A stretch of 64,000 nucleotides of DNA from NCBI GenBank assembly GCA_029776155.1, contig JAKOTU010000040.1, forward strand, positions 46,484 to 110,483, read 5' to 3'. This stretch comes from Bacillota bacterium. Lineage in GTDB: Bacteria; Bacillota; Limnochordia; Darwinibacteriales; Darwinibacteriaceae. The notes under the pieces are model-generated. The model was not told the DNA's origin. It did no database searches and was given only the letters and a program-made list of their open reading frames with translations. The stretch's first letter is position 1. Every line of letters starts with the position of its first letter. Shown one piece after another: positions 27,488 to 37,738 of the stretch. The position numbers and the translations under genes were made by a program.

Positions 27488-28903
27488 ATGCGCAAAACTA
27501 AGATCGTCTGTACCATCGGCCCCGCCAGTGAAAGCCCCGAAGCCATCCGGGCACTGCTGCGGGCCGGCATGGATGTGGCCAGGCTCAACTTCTCCCATGG
27601 TACCCTCGACGAGCATTTGAGACGCATCACAAACTTACGGGAGGCTGCCCAGGAACTGGGAGTTAATCTGGCCTTGCTCCTGGATATCCAGGGGCCCAAG
27701 ATCAGAGTGGGTAAGCTGACCTGCGGCCCCATTGAGCTGGTGCCCGGGCAGCAGTACATATTGACTTCTGAGCCCTGCGACGGGGATGAGCACAGGATCC
27801 ATGTGGACTATCCTTATCTGCACAGGGATTTGCGGCCCGGAGCCGTGATCTACATAGATGACGGGCTCTTGGAGTTGAAGGTAGCGGAGATCAAGGGAAC
27901 GGATGTGGTCTGCCGGGTGATTATTGGGGGTCAGCTCAGTTCCCGCAAGGGGTTGTCTCTGCCTGGGGTAGATGTGGATTTGCCTCCTTTGACTAAAGAA
28001 GATGTGGAGCACATCCGCTTTGGCGTGCGGCACGGAGTGGATTTCATCGCCGCCTCCTTTGTGCGCAAAGCCGAACATGTGGAAGCGGTGCGCCGCATCA
28101 TCCGGGAGGCAGGAGGCACCCAGCAGGTGATCTCCAAGATCGAAAGCAATGAGGGCCTGCGCAACATTGATGAGATTATCGCCGCTTCAGACGGTATTAT
28201 GGTAGCCCGGGGCGATCTGGGTGTGGAGATCGCCGCGGAAGAAGTACCCTTGGCCCAAAAGATGTTGATCCGTAAGTGTAATCTAGCGGGCAAACCAGTG
28301 ATTACCGCAACCCAGATGCTTGATTCCATGATCCGCAATCCCACCCCCACCAGGGCTGAAGTGACCGATGTGGCCAACGCCATTTTTGAGGGTACAGATG
28401 CGGTCATGCTCTCGGGAGAGACTGCCGTGGGTAAATACCCGGTCCGGGCCGTGCAGGTGATGGACAAGATTGCCCGGAGGATGGAAGAAGTCATTGACTA
28501 CCAGTCCATTCTGCGGGAAAAGGCCTCGGAAGGCCGCACCGCTGTGGATCAGGCCGTATCTTTGGCTGCCTGCCAGGTGAGTCAGGATCTAGGTGTGGGT
28601 GTGATGATCTGTTCCACCTTCTCCGGAGCCACGGCGCGCTTTTTGTCGCAGAAGAGGCCCAAGGCGGTTATTTTTGCCACCTCCCCCAACGAACATGTGG
28701 TTAGGCAGCTCGCCCTGTCCTGGGGGGTATGCGCCGTGCACATGGAACGGCCTTCTGAGCTGGAAGCACTGGTCCAGCAATCCATTGACCAGGCGAAGGG
28801 CCGGGGCTTGGTGCAAAGTGGTGATATCGTCACAGTGATCACCGGGCTCGCGGGCGGCACCGCAGGTTCAACCAACATGCTGCGGGTAGTGAGAGTGGAC
28901 TGA
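27488..28903 (+). CDS. pyk: pyruvate kinase
   Basis: KTKIVCTIGP, ARLNFSHG, MVARGDLG, ATQMLDSM, MLSGETA. Confidence 0.97.
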   Translation: MRKTKIVCTIGPASESPEAIRALLRAGMDVARLNFSHGTLDEHLRRITNLREAAQELGVNLALLLDIQGPKIRVGKLTCGPIELVPGQQYILTSEPCDGDEHRIHVDYPYLHRDLRPGAVIYIDDGLLELKVAEIKGTDVVCRVIIGGQLSSRKGLSLPGVDVDLPPLTKEDVEHIRFGVRHGVDFIAASFVRKAEHVEAVRRIIREAGGTQQVISKIESNEGLRNIDEIIAASDGIMVARGDLGVEIAAEEVPLAQKMLIRKCNLAGKPVITATQMLDSMIRNPTPTRAEVTDVANAIFEGTDAVMLSGETAVGKYPVRAVQVMDKIARRMEEVIDYQSILREKASEGRTAVDQAVSLAACQVSQDLGVGVMICSTFSGATARFLSQKRPKAVIFATSPNEHVVRQLALSWGVCAVHMERPSELEALVQQSIDQAKGRGLVQSGDIVTVITGLAGGTAGSTNMLRVVRVD

Positions 28904-28928
28904 ATCTGATCATGGAGTAGGTGGGCCT

Positions 28929-29924
28929 TTGAAAGCGGGAAAACTATCGGGCGAACTCTTAGAGCGCATGGTCCTCTCGGCCCTGCGGTTTAAGCGGGAC
29001 GACGTGCTGGTCCACGCAGGCCTCGGCGAGGACTGCGCGGTAATCGACTTTGGAGAAGAAGTATGCCTGGTTACTAGTGACCCCATCACCGGGGCGGTGG
29101 AAGGCTTAGGGGAGTTGGCGGTACACGTGGCCTGCAACGATCTGGCGGCCAATGGCGGAACCCCCGTGGGGGTACAGGTAGTTTTGCTTGTGCCCGAGGG
29201 GACAAACGAGGAGTATATCCGGACGGTCATGGAAGATGTTCATGCCACCGCTGCCGCCTTGGGCGTGGAGGTGATCGGTGGTCACACGGAAGTGACCAGC
29301 CGGGTGCGGGAGTGTGTGGTTTCCATCACCGCCATCGGACGGGCCCCCAAAGGCAGATACGTCACCAGCCACGGGGCCCAGCCCGGCGATGACCTACTAA
29401 TTACCAAGGGTGTGGGTATTGAAGCCACCGCCATTTTGGCCCGTGACTTTGGGCAGCTTCTGCCCTTTGAGGTCACGCCTGAACAGATTGCGCAGTTTAC
29501 CAGGAGCCTTTCGGTGGTGCCGGAAGGACTTTTAGCGGCTGAGTTTGGCGTCCACGCCATGCATGATGTAACCGAAGGGGGCCTTTTGGGCGCGGCGCGG
29601 GAGATCTGCCTGGCCTCTGGCGTGGGGGCAGAGATCTGGGAACAAGAAGTATTTGTGCCCGAGTTGACCCTGAGGATCTGCCAGCATTTGGGGCTGGATC
29701 CCCTGGCCCTGCTCTCTTCAGGGGCCATGCTCATTGCCACCCCCAAAGGTCAAGAGCTGAAAGGGCACCTGGGGGCAGCGGGGATTCCCGCCTTCATTGT
29801 GGGCCGGATCACCGCAGGCAGTTGCCCTGTATTGATCCGGGCAGATGGGGAAGGGGTGCCTATCCAAGAACACGTGGAAGATGAGTTGTGGAGGTTTTTT
29901 GCCAGATTAGAAGAGGGGAAATGA
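28929..29924 (+). CDS. AIR synthase-related (PurM/HypE/ThiL-like) protein
   Basis: GEDCAV, TSDPITG, NDLA, GGHTE, HDVTEGG. Confidence 0.85.
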   Translation: MKAGKLSGELLERMVLSALRFKRDDVLVHAGLGEDCAVIDFGEEVCLVTSDPITGAVEGLGELAVHVACNDLAANGGTPVGVQVVLLVPEGTNEEYIRTVMEDVHATAAALGVEVIGGHTEVTSRVRECVVSITAIGRAPKGRYVTSHGAQPGDDLLITKGVGIEATAILARDFGQLLPFEVTPEQIAQFTRSLSVVPEGLLAAEFGVHAMHDVTEGGLLGAAREICLASGVGAEIWEQEVFVPELTLRICQHLGLDPLALLSSGAMLIATPKGQELKGHLGAAGIPAFIVGRITAGSCPVLIRADGEGVPIQEHVEDELWRFFARLEEGK

Positions 29925-29925
29925 C

Positions 29926-30663
29926 ATGGAAGCGAAGTTATGGGAACCGAATCCAGGCAAGCAATTAGAGAAGCAAGTGGGGGAACAGGTGTATCTGCGG
30001 ATCCCCGTGAAGACCAAAGTGATTGGCGCCACCGATGAGATTACGGACGTGGCCCGGGAGTATGTTGCCCCTCTGCTGGAGCCCGATGATGTGGTGGTGG
30101 TAAGTGAAAAGGTGGTAGCCATCACCCAGGGGCGTTTTTACCATGTGGATGAGGTGAAACCCTCGCTGCTGGCACGCTTTTTGAGCAGATTTGTGTATAA
30201 TTCGCCCCATGGGGCCAACCTGCGCTGCCCCAAGGCCATGGAGCTCACCCTCCGGGAAGTTGGGCGGCTGCGGGTGTTGGTGGCGGCCATTGTGGGCGGT
30301 ATAGGTAAGCTGTTTGGCATCCGCGGCCTCTTCTACCGCATCTGCGGCCCTAAAGCCAGATCGGTGGATGGCGCTTGGGAAGGGACTATCCCGCCTTACC
30401 AGAAGTGCATCGTGCTGGCGCCGGAAAACCCAGGAGCGGTGGCAGAAAGGCTCAGCGCCGCCCTGCAGTGCCAGGCGGCGGTGATCGATGCCAACGATCT
30501 GGGAGTGGATATCCTGGGATTGTCGCCAGGCGGCATGGATGCGGACCTGCTGGTGGAGATCATGCGGGATAACCCGCTGGGCCAATCGGCGGAGCAGACG
30601 CCCTTTGGGATCATCCGTTTGGCCCGGGAAGAACAGGCGGAAGTTGGTTGGTCCGCAAGCTGA
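29926..30663 (+). CDS. F420-0:gamma-glutamyl ligase-like (CofE family) protein
   Basis: VVSEKVVAITQG, IDANDLG, DNPLGQ..EQTP. Confidence 0.8.
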   Translation: MEAKLWEPNPGKQLEKQVGEQVYLRIPVKTKVIGATDEITDVAREYVAPLLEPDDVVVVSEKVVAITQGRFYHVDEVKPSLLARFLSRFVYNSPHGANLRCPKAMELTLREVGRLRVLVAAIVGGIGKLFGIRGLFYRICGPKARSVDGAWEGTIPPYQKCIVLAPENPGAVAERLSAALQCQAAVIDANDLGVDILGLSPGGMDADLLVEIMRDNPLGQSAEQTPFGIIRLAREEQAEVGWSAS

Positions 30664-30714
30664 GTTGTGGACAAAAAGCAAAACCCCAGCCTCTCTGGGG
30701 TCTAAAGTCACTAG

Positions 30715-30801
30715 TGGTGCCGAAGGAGGGAGTCGAACCCTCATGGGACTAAGCCCACACGATTTTGAGTCGTGCGTGTCTGCCAATTCCACCACTTCGG
30801 C
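30715..30801 (-). tRNA. tRNA-Leu(CAA)
   Basis: Reverse complement GCCGAAG...CTTCGGC-A-CCA; anticodon CT-CAA-AA; long variable arm. Confidence 0.96.
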
Positions 30802-30825
30802 CTGCTTGTGCCGCTGACATCATTT

Positions 30826-30854
30826 ATGTTACCACGGGGCCGTGATTTTTGCAA
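30826..30854 (-). promoter_or_regulatory. sigma-A promoter of tRNA-Leu
   Basis: TTGCAA-17 nt-TAACAT with extended -10 TG. Confidence 0.6.
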
Positions 30855-30883
30855 CCACTTTTTCCTGTTGTTGTGCCCCAGTC

Positions 30884-30946
30884 TTGACTCGGATCGTGCA
30901 CTTGAGGTACAATCATACTAAGAATCCTTAATCATGATTATTATCA
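30884..30946 (+). promoter_or_regulatory. sigma-A promoter plus Fur-type 7-1-7 box upstream of the Fur-family gene
   Basis: TTGACT-18 nt-TACAAT; TCATGAT-T-ATTATCA at 30932-30946 versus TGATAAT-n-ATTATCA. Confidence 0.6.
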
Positions 30947-30962
30947 TTTTGGAGGAATCATC

Positions 30963-31379
30963 GTGAAGCCCAAAGGTTTTGTCCGCCGCACCAGGCAGAG
31001 GGAAGTGATCCTAGAAGTCTTACGGGGTACCAAAAGCCACCCAACCGCCGATTGGGTCTACCAAGAGGTGCGCAAGACCATGCCCCATGTAAGCCTAGGT
31101 ACGATATACCGTAATTTGAAGACCCTAAGCGAACATGGGGAGATTCAGGAACTCGCCTTTGGCAGCACCCATTCGCGCTTTGATGCCAACAAGGAAATCC
31201 ACTATCATTTTGTCTGCGAGCAGTGCGGCCTGATAGAAGATCTGGATATGCCGGTCTTGGCAGGGATCGAAGGGGAAGTTGAGGGGCGCGGCTACAAGGT
31301 GAATTCCCATCGTTTGGAGTTTTACGGGGTCTGTCCCGAGTGTGCAGAAGATGAAGAGGCCGTAAGCCAAGCTAACTAA
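30963..31379 (+). CDS. Fur-family transcriptional repressor (PerR-like)
   Basis: HPTADWVY, SLGTIYRNL, HYHFVCEQC, YGVCPEC. Confidence 0.92.
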   Translation: MKPKGFVRRTRQREVILEVLRGTKSHPTADWVYQEVRKTMPHVSLGTIYRNLKTLSEHGEIQELAFGSTHSRFDANKEIHYHFVCEQCGLIEDLDMPVLAGIEGEVEGRGYKVNSHRLEFYGVCPECAEDEEAVSQAN

Positions 31380-31393
31380 TTTTTGTTCCGACT

Positions 31394-31432
31394 CTGAGTA
31401 CCTGGTTTCGCAGCAGGTACTCAGTTTTTTTT
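31394..31432 (+). terminator. intrinsic terminator
   Basis: CTGAGTACCTG...CAGGTACTCAG+T8. Confidence 0.85.
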
Positions 31433-31442
31433 GACCCCGTCA

Positions 31443-31471
31443 TTTACATCAAGTACCACATGTAGTATAAT
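31443..31471 (+). promoter_or_regulatory. sigma-A promoter of nrdJ with an NrdR-box-like site in the spacer
   Basis: TTTACA-17 nt-TATAAT; the spacer contains taCCACATGTAGta, resembling acaCwAtATaTwGtg. Confidence 0.7.
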
Positions 31472-31508
31472 GTACACGCAGATGTTACAATTGCTTGTAG
31501 GAAGGAAG

Positions 31509-33749
31509 ATGCAGGTGCAAATCTCTGATAACGCCAGAATAGTACTCGAACGACGCTACTTAGCCAAGGCGGGCGATGAGATAATTGAGACCCCTGAGGA
31601 TATGCTGCGCAGGGTGGCCAAGAACATAGCACAGTTGGAGAAGGACCCCATCTGGGAAGAACGATTCTTTGAAATCATGGATAATCTTGAGTTTTTGCCT
31701 AACAGCCCCACGCTGATGAACGCCGGTAGAGAACTGCAGCAGCTCTCGGCATGTTTTGTCCTGCCCATCGAAGATTCCATGGAGGGTATTTTTGAGACTC
31801 TGAAGAACACAGCGTTGATCCAAAAGTCCGGTGGCGGGACAGGCTTTAGTTTTTCGCGCCTGCGTCCAAGTTTTGATGTGGTAAGCACAACTGGCGGCGT
31901 GGCCAGCGGCCCCGTTTCCTTCATGCGCTGTTATAACGCGGCCACCGATGCCATTAAGCAGGGGGGGACCCGTCGCGGCGCCAACATGGGTATCCTGCGG
32001 GTGGACCATCCCGATATTCTCCAGTTCATCCAGTGTAAAGCTGATCCCAACGAGATCACCAACTTCAATATCTCGGTTGCGATCACAGAAGAGTTCATGG
32101 AAGCGGTCTTCGCAGACCAGACCTACCCCCTGATCAACCCCCGCACTAAGCAGTCCGTGGGGGAACTGCGGGCCAGGGAAGTGTTTGAGCTCATTGTGGA
32201 GATGGCCTGGCGCAACGGTGAGCCGGGGATTATTTTCCTAGACCGCATCAACCGCTTCAACCCCACACCTCAGGTGGGTGTTATTGAAGCCACTAACCCC
32301 TGCGGTGAACAGCCTCTCCTGCCCAACGAGAGCTGTAATCTGGGCTCCATCAACTTGGTCAAGATGGTCCAGCGCACGGCAGAAGGGTGGACCATTGACT
32401 GGGAGCGCTTGGGCGAAGTGGTGGAGATTGCCGTACGCTTCCTGGATAACGTGATCGACGTAAACCGCTATCCCCTCAAGGAAATTGAGGAAATGACCCA
32501 GGCCAACCGCAAGATCGGTCTTGGGGTAATGGGTTTTGCCGATCTCTTGATCCGCCTCGGGGTTCCCTACAACAGTCCGGAAGGGGTGGAGCTGGGCCGG
32601 GAGATCATGAAGTTTATCCAGACCAAAGGCCATGAGGCTTCCTCCAAGCTGGCGGAGGAGAGGGGTTCCTTCCCCAATTATGCCGGCAGTATCTGGGAGA
32701 AAACGGGCAGGCCCATGCGCAATGCTACCGTGACCACCATTGCCCCGACTGGAACCATTTCCATAATTGCTGGCTGTTCCAGCGGGATTGAGCCCCTGTT
32801 CGCCCTGGCGTTTACCCGCAATGTGCTGGACAATGACCGCTTGATCGAGGTCAACCCCCAATTCGAGGCCATTCTCCGGGAGCGGGATCTGTACTCGTCT
32901 GAGCTCATCGAGGAAGTGGCCAAAACGGGAAGTGTGCAGCATCTGCAGGACTTTCCCGAAGATCTTAAGCGCATTTTGGTCACAGCCTACGATGTCACCC
33001 CCGAGTGGCACATCCGCATGCAGGCGGCCTTCCAGGAGTTTACCGACAATGCGGTGAGTAAGACGGTGAACTTCCCCCAAGAAGCCACAAAAGATGATAT
33101 TAGGGAAGTATATGAGTTGGCCTACAAACTGGGCTGCAAGGGCGTGACCGTCTACCGGGCCGGCTCCCGGGAAGGTGAAGTGCTCACGGTGGGCCACAAA
33201 AAGGAGGACAAGGCCCAACAAGAGCAGCCGGCTCCCGCCCGGCGTCCAGCACCGCGCAAAAGGCCTAGGGTGACCAGGGGGGAGACAGTGCGCATCAAAA
33301 CCGGCTGTGGAACGCTGTATGTAACCATTAACTCCGATGAACAAGGTATCTGTGAAGTGTTCACCACCATTGGCAAGGCCGGCGGCTGCGCGGGTGCTTT
33401 CTCCGAAGCTACGGCCAGGTTGGCCTCTCTGGCCCTGCGTTCTGGCGTGGAGCCCACCCAGATCGTAAAACAGCTCAAGGGTATCCGCTGCCCGCACCCC
33501 ATCTGGCAGGATGGCCAGCAGGTACTTTCCTGCCCGGATGCCATTGCCCAGGTGCTGGATGAATACATTAAGAACAACGGCGTAAACGGCAGCGGCTCAC
33601 TCCCACGGGTCCAAAGCGGAGCCGCCGCCCCCAGCAGCAACCCGGGGCAGGCGTTCTCCAACGAGGCCTGTCCAGACTGCGGCGGAGCCATGGTGCAGGA
33701 AAGCGGCTGCGCCACCTGCGTCCAGTGTGGTTTTAGCAGGTGCAGCTGA
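31509..33749 (+). CDS. nrdJ: adenosylcobalamin-dependent (class II) ribonucleotide reductase with C-terminal TSCPD and Zn ribbon
   Basis: [42 protein letters not shown], terminal CxxC..CxxC. Confidence 0.93.
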   Translation: MQVQISDNARIVLERRYLAKAGDEIIETPEDMLRRVAKNIAQLEKDPIWEERFFEIMDNLEFLPNSPTLMNAGRELQQLSACFVLPIEDSMEGIFETLKNTALIQKSGGGTGFSFSRLRPSFDVVSTTGGVASGPVSFMRCYNAATDAIKQGGTRRGANMGILRVDHPDILQFIQCKADPNEITNFNISVAITEEFMEAVFADQTYPLINPRTKQSVGELRAREVFELIVEMAWRNGEPGIIFLDRINRFNPTPQVGVIEATNPCGEQPLLPNESCNLGSINLVKMVQRTAEGWTIDWERLGEVVEIAVRFLDNVIDVNRYPLKEIEEMTQANRKIGLGVMGFADLLIRLGVPYNSPEGVELGREIMKFIQTKGHEASSKLAEERGSFPNYAGSIWEKTGRPMRNATVTTIAPTGTISIIAGCSSGIEPLFALAFTRNVLDNDRLIEVNPQFEAILRERDLYSSELIEEVAKTGSVQHLQDFPEDLKRILVTAYDVTPEWHIRMQAAFQEFTDNAVSKTVNFPQEATKDDIREVYELAYKLGCKGVTVYRAGSREGEVLTVGHKKEDKAQQEQPAPARRPAPRKRPRVTRGETVRIKTGCGTLYVTINSDEQGICEVFTTIGKAGGCAGAFSEATARLASLALRSGVEPTQIVKQLKGIRCPHPIWQDGQQVLSCPDAIAQVLDEYIKNNGVNGSGSLPRVQSGAAAPSSNPGQAFSNEACPDCGGAMVQESGCATCVQCGFSRCS

Positions 33750-33764
33750 TGGCAAGCTGAAAAC

Positions 33765-33805
33765 AGAATCTCCTCTCCCGCTTTTTCGGCGGGGGAGGAG
33801 ATTCT
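33765..33805. terminator. hairpin between convergent nrdJ and SLH genes
   Basis: AGAATCTCCTC...GAGGAGATTCT inverted repeat. Confidence 0.7.
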
Positions 33806-33821
33806 TAGTATTGTTAAAACC

Positions 33822-34979
33822 TTAGTTATCCAACACATTCTGCAGCCACTCGCTGGTGAGCAGCCTTTGGGCCAGTTCCACCTGCGCGTACTGCAATACC
33901 TTGGACCAGTTCTGGTCCAGGGCGGCGCTGATCAGCTCAGGGGCCACATCCAGGTACTCCGCCGTTTCCGCAGTGAGCCGCTCTTTGAGCATGAGCTGCA
34001 GGCTGCTCCAATCCTGGTTGATGGCTGCTTCCGCCTCCCAAGGGGCAACGCCGCGATCTACAAGCTCTTGGTACAGCTCATAGCGCACCTCTTCGCCGAG
34101 CTGATCCCAATCACCGGTGATCAGGGCGTTGATCTGGGCTGGAGTAAGCAGATCCGCGAGCACCTTGGTTGCTTTGTTGAGGCCCTCCAGGAGTACCTGC
34201 ATCCGTCCCGCTTCCTGGAGACGGACCAGCAGGACCTGGCTATCGCGTACGAGGACCACCACTTCTTGTCCCGCACTGAGCTTCTCCCCCTTGCTTATAG
34301 GTTCCCGCATCAGGCTGCCCGGGGAGATGAACAGGGTTTCGCCCAGCAGGGTAAGGGAGATGGGCTCTTCTGCACCTTCCACCTGGAGCACGATTTCTCT
34401 GCCTTCACCCAATACGTCCGCGACTTGGCCCTTGAGCTCAGTTAGCTTCAAGGCCTGGTCTAGGATGTAGGCAGCCTCTGCCCTGGTGATCAGCCGGTAG
34501 GGCTCAAAGCGTCCCACCATATGGGTGGGCAGCAGGGCCAAACGCTGCAGAACCTCGATGCCGAGAAAACCAGGGTAATCAATGTTCAGATCGGAGAAAG
34601 AGGGATAAAAGCCCTTGGGTGCTTCCGTGTGTTCTCCTAAGCCCAACAGGTTACCCAACAAGGCGGCGAACTCTCCCCTAGTGATCCCTTCCGGGTGGGC
34701 GACCAGGAGCTGATTCAGCCACTGGGCCAGGTTTTCACCTTCCTCTTCAGTTAGGTTAAAGGCTGCGGCCAACAGCGCCAGGGCCTGGTCATGCCTAAGG
34801 CTTTGGGAAGGCGCGAATTGATCCTCCCAGAGTCCCTGGAAGAGGCCCTTTTCCTCCAGGGCGGTAATGGCGCTTTCCGCCCAGATCCCTTCAATATCGG
34901 CAAAGGCCGCCCAAGCGGCTACGCTGGGCAGGGTTATAAGCAGGATCAGTAGTACACTGACAAGTTTTGCAGGTCGCAT
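33822..34979 (-). CDS. exported S-layer homology (SLH) domain protein
   Basis: Signal peptide; FADI..WA..AI..L, ITRGEF and ITRAEAA SLH motifs; helical C-terminal repeats. Confidence 0.8.
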   Translation of the reverse strand: MRPAKLVSVLLILLITLPSVAAWAAFADIEGIWAESAITALEEKGLFQGLWEDQFAPSQSLRHDQALALLAAAFNLTEEEGENLAQWLNQLLVAHPEGITRGEFAALLGNLLGLGEHTEAPKGFYPSFSDLNIDYPGFLGIEVLQRLALLPTHMVGRFEPYRLITRAEAAYILDQALKLTELKGQVADVLGEGREIVLQVEGAEEPISLTLLGETLFISPGSLMREPISKGEKLSAGQEVVVLVRDSQVLLVRLQEAGRMQVLLEGLNKATKVLADLLTPAQINALITGDWDQLGEEVRYELYQELVDRGVAPWEAEAAINQDWSSLQLMLKERLTAETAEYLDVAPELISAALDQNWSKVLQYAQVELAQRLLTSEWLQNVLDN

Positions 34980-35095
34980 CTGCATACCCCTTTTCTGGTT
35001 CAAACTGAGTCTTATCTTATACCCCCCAATTCGCCCCTGACAAGGGAAGCCCTTTATGTAAAGTTGGGCAGAGGCGGTGCCTTTCCCCAACAACA

Positions 35096-35122
35096 GCAGG
35101 TTTTTACAGGCTGGCGTGGAAT
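35096..35122 (+). promoter_or_regulatory. sigma-H-type promoter upstream of polA
   Basis: GCAGGT-TTTTACAGGCTGGCGTG-GAAT (17-nt spacer). Confidence 0.6.
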
Positions 35123-35149
35123 AGACAAGGAAGAAATGAGGGATGTGCT

Positions 35150-37735
35150 GTGGAAAAACGTCTGTTTCTTCTGGACGGCAACAGCTTGATCAACCGGGCC
35201 TTTTACGCCCTGCCGCCCTTAACCAGCCGCAGGGGAGAGCCCACTAATGCCGTGTACGGGCTGACCACTATGCTGTTGCGTCTGCAGGAAGACTACCAGC
35301 CGGACCAGATTTTGGTGGCCTTTGATGTGTCGGGCCCCACTTTTCGGCACGTGCAGTTCACCGAGTATAAGGCCCAGCGCAGACCCATGCCCGATGATCT
35401 GCGCAGCCAAATCCCCTTGATGAAAGAGCTGTTGGATAAAATGGGCATCCAGCGCCTGGAACTGGAAGGCTTCGAAGCAGATGATCTCATCGGCACCGCG
35501 GCCAAGCAGGCGGAGCAAGCCGGTTACAGAGTGTTCATCGTGACAGGTGATCGGGATGCTTTCCAGCTCATCTCACCCCAGACCACGGTGCTTTTTACCA
35601 GGAGGGGCATTACCGAGACGGAAGTGGTGGATGAGGACGCCCTGCGCAAGCACTACGGGCTCAGCCCCCAGCAGATTATTGATCTAAAGGGCCTGATGGG
35701 CGATAGTTCCGATAACATTCCAGGTGTGCCAGGGGTGGGGGAAAAGACCGCACTCAAACTTCTGGAAACCTACGGTTCCTTGGAAGAAGTGTACGCCCAT
35801 CTCGATGAAATCAAAGGCAAACTGCAGAGCCGTCTGCGGGAATATAAGGATCAGGCCTTTTTGAGCAAGGAGCTGGCCACCATTCGTTGCTCGGCACCAA
35901 TCGCCATCGATTTAGACCGCAAGCAGACCATGGATGACGCTGCCGTGCGGGAGATGTTCCAAGACCTGGACTTTAAAAGCCTCCTGGCAAGACTCCCCCA
36001 AGGGGAGCGTCAGGCCCCTGCGGTAATTTCTGTAAAGACTGGCTGGGATCTAGATTTGACCCGCCTGGGGGCGGGAGACTGGGAGGAATTCCTCTCTGAG
36101 CTCAAGGCCCACCAGGATGTGTATCTAAACTGCCCTGAAGGCCGGGCAGAGCTGCTGGTGAGGACAGGGGAAAAGAACTGGGCCGTACCGAAAGGTCTCC
36201 TCCTGGAACGGCGGGAAGAGCTCATCACTGCTTTGGCCGCGCCCAGGATCTATGCCGTGGGCAGCAAGGAGATTCTCCACCTCCTTGGTCCTGAAAGTCC
36301 CGTGGACATTGGCTTCGATTTGGAGCTAGCCCTGTACTGCTTGGATCCAGAAAAACGCTGGGACTTAGCCTCTATCGCGCACTACTTCCAGTTAGAGGCC
36401 CCCGCCGTGGAGCCACCAGCCCCGGATTATCAGGCAGCCATGCTCCAGGTGCTGCAGAGGATCGCACCTTTGGTAGAAGAGCGCCTCAAAACGGATGACC
36501 TCTGGTTTGTGTACCGGGAGATTGAGCTGCCCCTGGCAAAAGTATTGGCGGAAATGGAAGCCCACGGCGTTTTGGTAGACCGGGGGAAGCTGAAGACCAT
36601 CTCCCATGATCTCCAGGTAGCCTTGGATCAGCTCTCGGGACTTATCTACGCAGAAGCGGGGGAGGAGTTCAATATCAACTCGCCAAAGCAGCTGGGGACC
36701 ATCCTCTTTGACAAGTTGGGTCTGCCGGTGCTCAAACGCACCAAAACGGGCCCTTCTACCAGCGCTGAGGTGCTTGAGGAGTTGAGCGATCATCCCATTG
36801 TGGCCCATGTGCTGGAGTACCGGCAGGTGGCCAAACTCAAATCCACCTACGCGGATGCCTTGGGCGAGCTCATCTCCCCGGCAACGGGACGCCTGCACAC
36901 CACCTTTAACCAGACAGTGACGGCCACGGGCAGGTTGAGCAGCACACATCCTAATCTGCAGAACATCCCCGTGCGCACCGAGGCGGGCCGGCGCATCCGG
37001 GAAGCCTTTGTGGTTCCGGACGGGTTCTACCTGGTGAGCGCGGACTACTCCCAGATTGAGCTCAGGCTCCTTGCCCACCTATCCAGGGATGAGGCCCTGT
37101 GCGAAGCGTTCCGCAGCGGAGCCGACATTCACATCCAGACCGCCTCGGAAGTCTTTGGAGTGCCCAAGGAGGAAGTGACCGACGAGCAGCGCAGTGCGGC
37201 CAAGGCCATTAATTTTGGCATTGTGTACGGCATCAGCAGTTTTGGCTTGGCCAAGGGTATCAACCTAACCCGTGCTCAAGCCCAGGAGTATATCGACTCT
37301 TATTTCCTGCGCTATCCAGGGGTGAAAAAGTTCCTAGACGGCGCGGTGGAGCAGGGCCGCAGAGAGGGTTATGTGCAAACCCTCTTTGGCCGCAGGCGCT
37401 ATCTGCCCAACCTGAAGAGCCGCAACTTCGCGCTGCGCAGTTTTGCTGCGCGTACCGCCATGAACTCGCCCATTCAGGGCAGTGCCGCGGACATCATCAA
37501 GCTGGCCATGCTCAGAGTACGCCGGGCCCTAAAGGAAGAGGGCCTGCAGAGTAGACTCCTGCTCCAAGTCCATGACGAGCTGGTGTTGGAGGTGCTCGAA
37601 GGTGAACTGGAAGCAACGGCGCGGCTGTTGAAACGGGAAATGGAGCAGGTCTGGGAGCTTGCCGTACCCCTAGTTGTGGATGTATATTATGGGAAGAACT
37701 GGCGCGATGTCCAGGAGTTTGAGTTAAAGGAGTAG
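35150..37735 (+). CDS. polA: DNA polymerase I
   Basis: 5'-3' exonuclease (LLDGNS, EADD, GDSSDNIPGV); DYSQIELR, KAINFGIVYG, QVHDE. Confidence 0.97.
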   Translation: MEKRLFLLDGNSLINRAFYALPPLTSRRGEPTNAVYGLTTMLLRLQEDYQPDQILVAFDVSGPTFRHVQFTEYKAQRRPMPDDLRSQIPLMKELLDKMGIQRLELEGFEADDLIGTAAKQAEQAGYRVFIVTGDRDAFQLISPQTTVLFTRRGITETEVVDEDALRKHYGLSPQQIIDLKGLMGDSSDNIPGVPGVGEKTALKLLETYGSLEEVYAHLDEIKGKLQSRLREYKDQAFLSKELATIRCSAPIAIDLDRKQTMDDAAVREMFQDLDFKSLLARLPQGERQAPAVISVKTGWDLDLTRLGAGDWEEFLSELKAHQDVYLNCPEGRAELLVRTGEKNWAVPKGLLLERREELITALAAPRIYAVGSKEILHLLGPESPVDIGFDLELALYCLDPEKRWDLASIAHYFQLEAPAVEPPAPDYQAAMLQVLQRIAPLVEERLKTDDLWFVYREIELPLAKVLAEMEAHGVLVDRGKLKTISHDLQVALDQLSGLIYAEAGEEFNINSPKQLGTILFDKLGLPVLKRTKTGPSTSAEVLEELSDHPIVAHVLEYRQVAKLKSTYADALGELISPATGRLHTTFNQTVTATGRLSSTHPNLQNIPVRTEAGRRIREAFVVPDGFYLVSADYSQIELRLLAHLSRDEALCEAFRSGADIHIQTASEVFGVPKEEVTDEQRSAAKAINFGIVYGISSFGLAKGINLTRAQAQEYIDSYFLRYPGVKKFLDGAVEQGRREGYVQTLFGRRRYLPNLKSRNFALRSFAARTAMNSPIQGSAADIIKLAMLRVRRALKEEGLQSRLLLQVHDELVLEVLEGELEATARLLKREMEQVWELAVPLVVDVYYGKNWRDVQEFELKE

Positions 37736-37738
37736 GCC

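Noticed and set aside
31474-31489. Second NrdR box downstream of the nrdJ -10
   Set aside because: The match is too degenerate (the flanking C and G are missing) to call.
31431-31508. Upstream extension of nrdJ in the ORF track
   Set aside because: It overlaps a near-consensus promoter and NrdR-like box; ATG 31509 has the RBS.
19965-33497. Long antisense ORFs (e.g. 19965-21143, 21266-22351, 29965-30795, 32238-33497)
   Set aside because: Shadow frames of murA, dnaE, the CofE-like gene/tRNA-Leu and nrdJ, expected in GC-rich DNA; no recognisable motifs.
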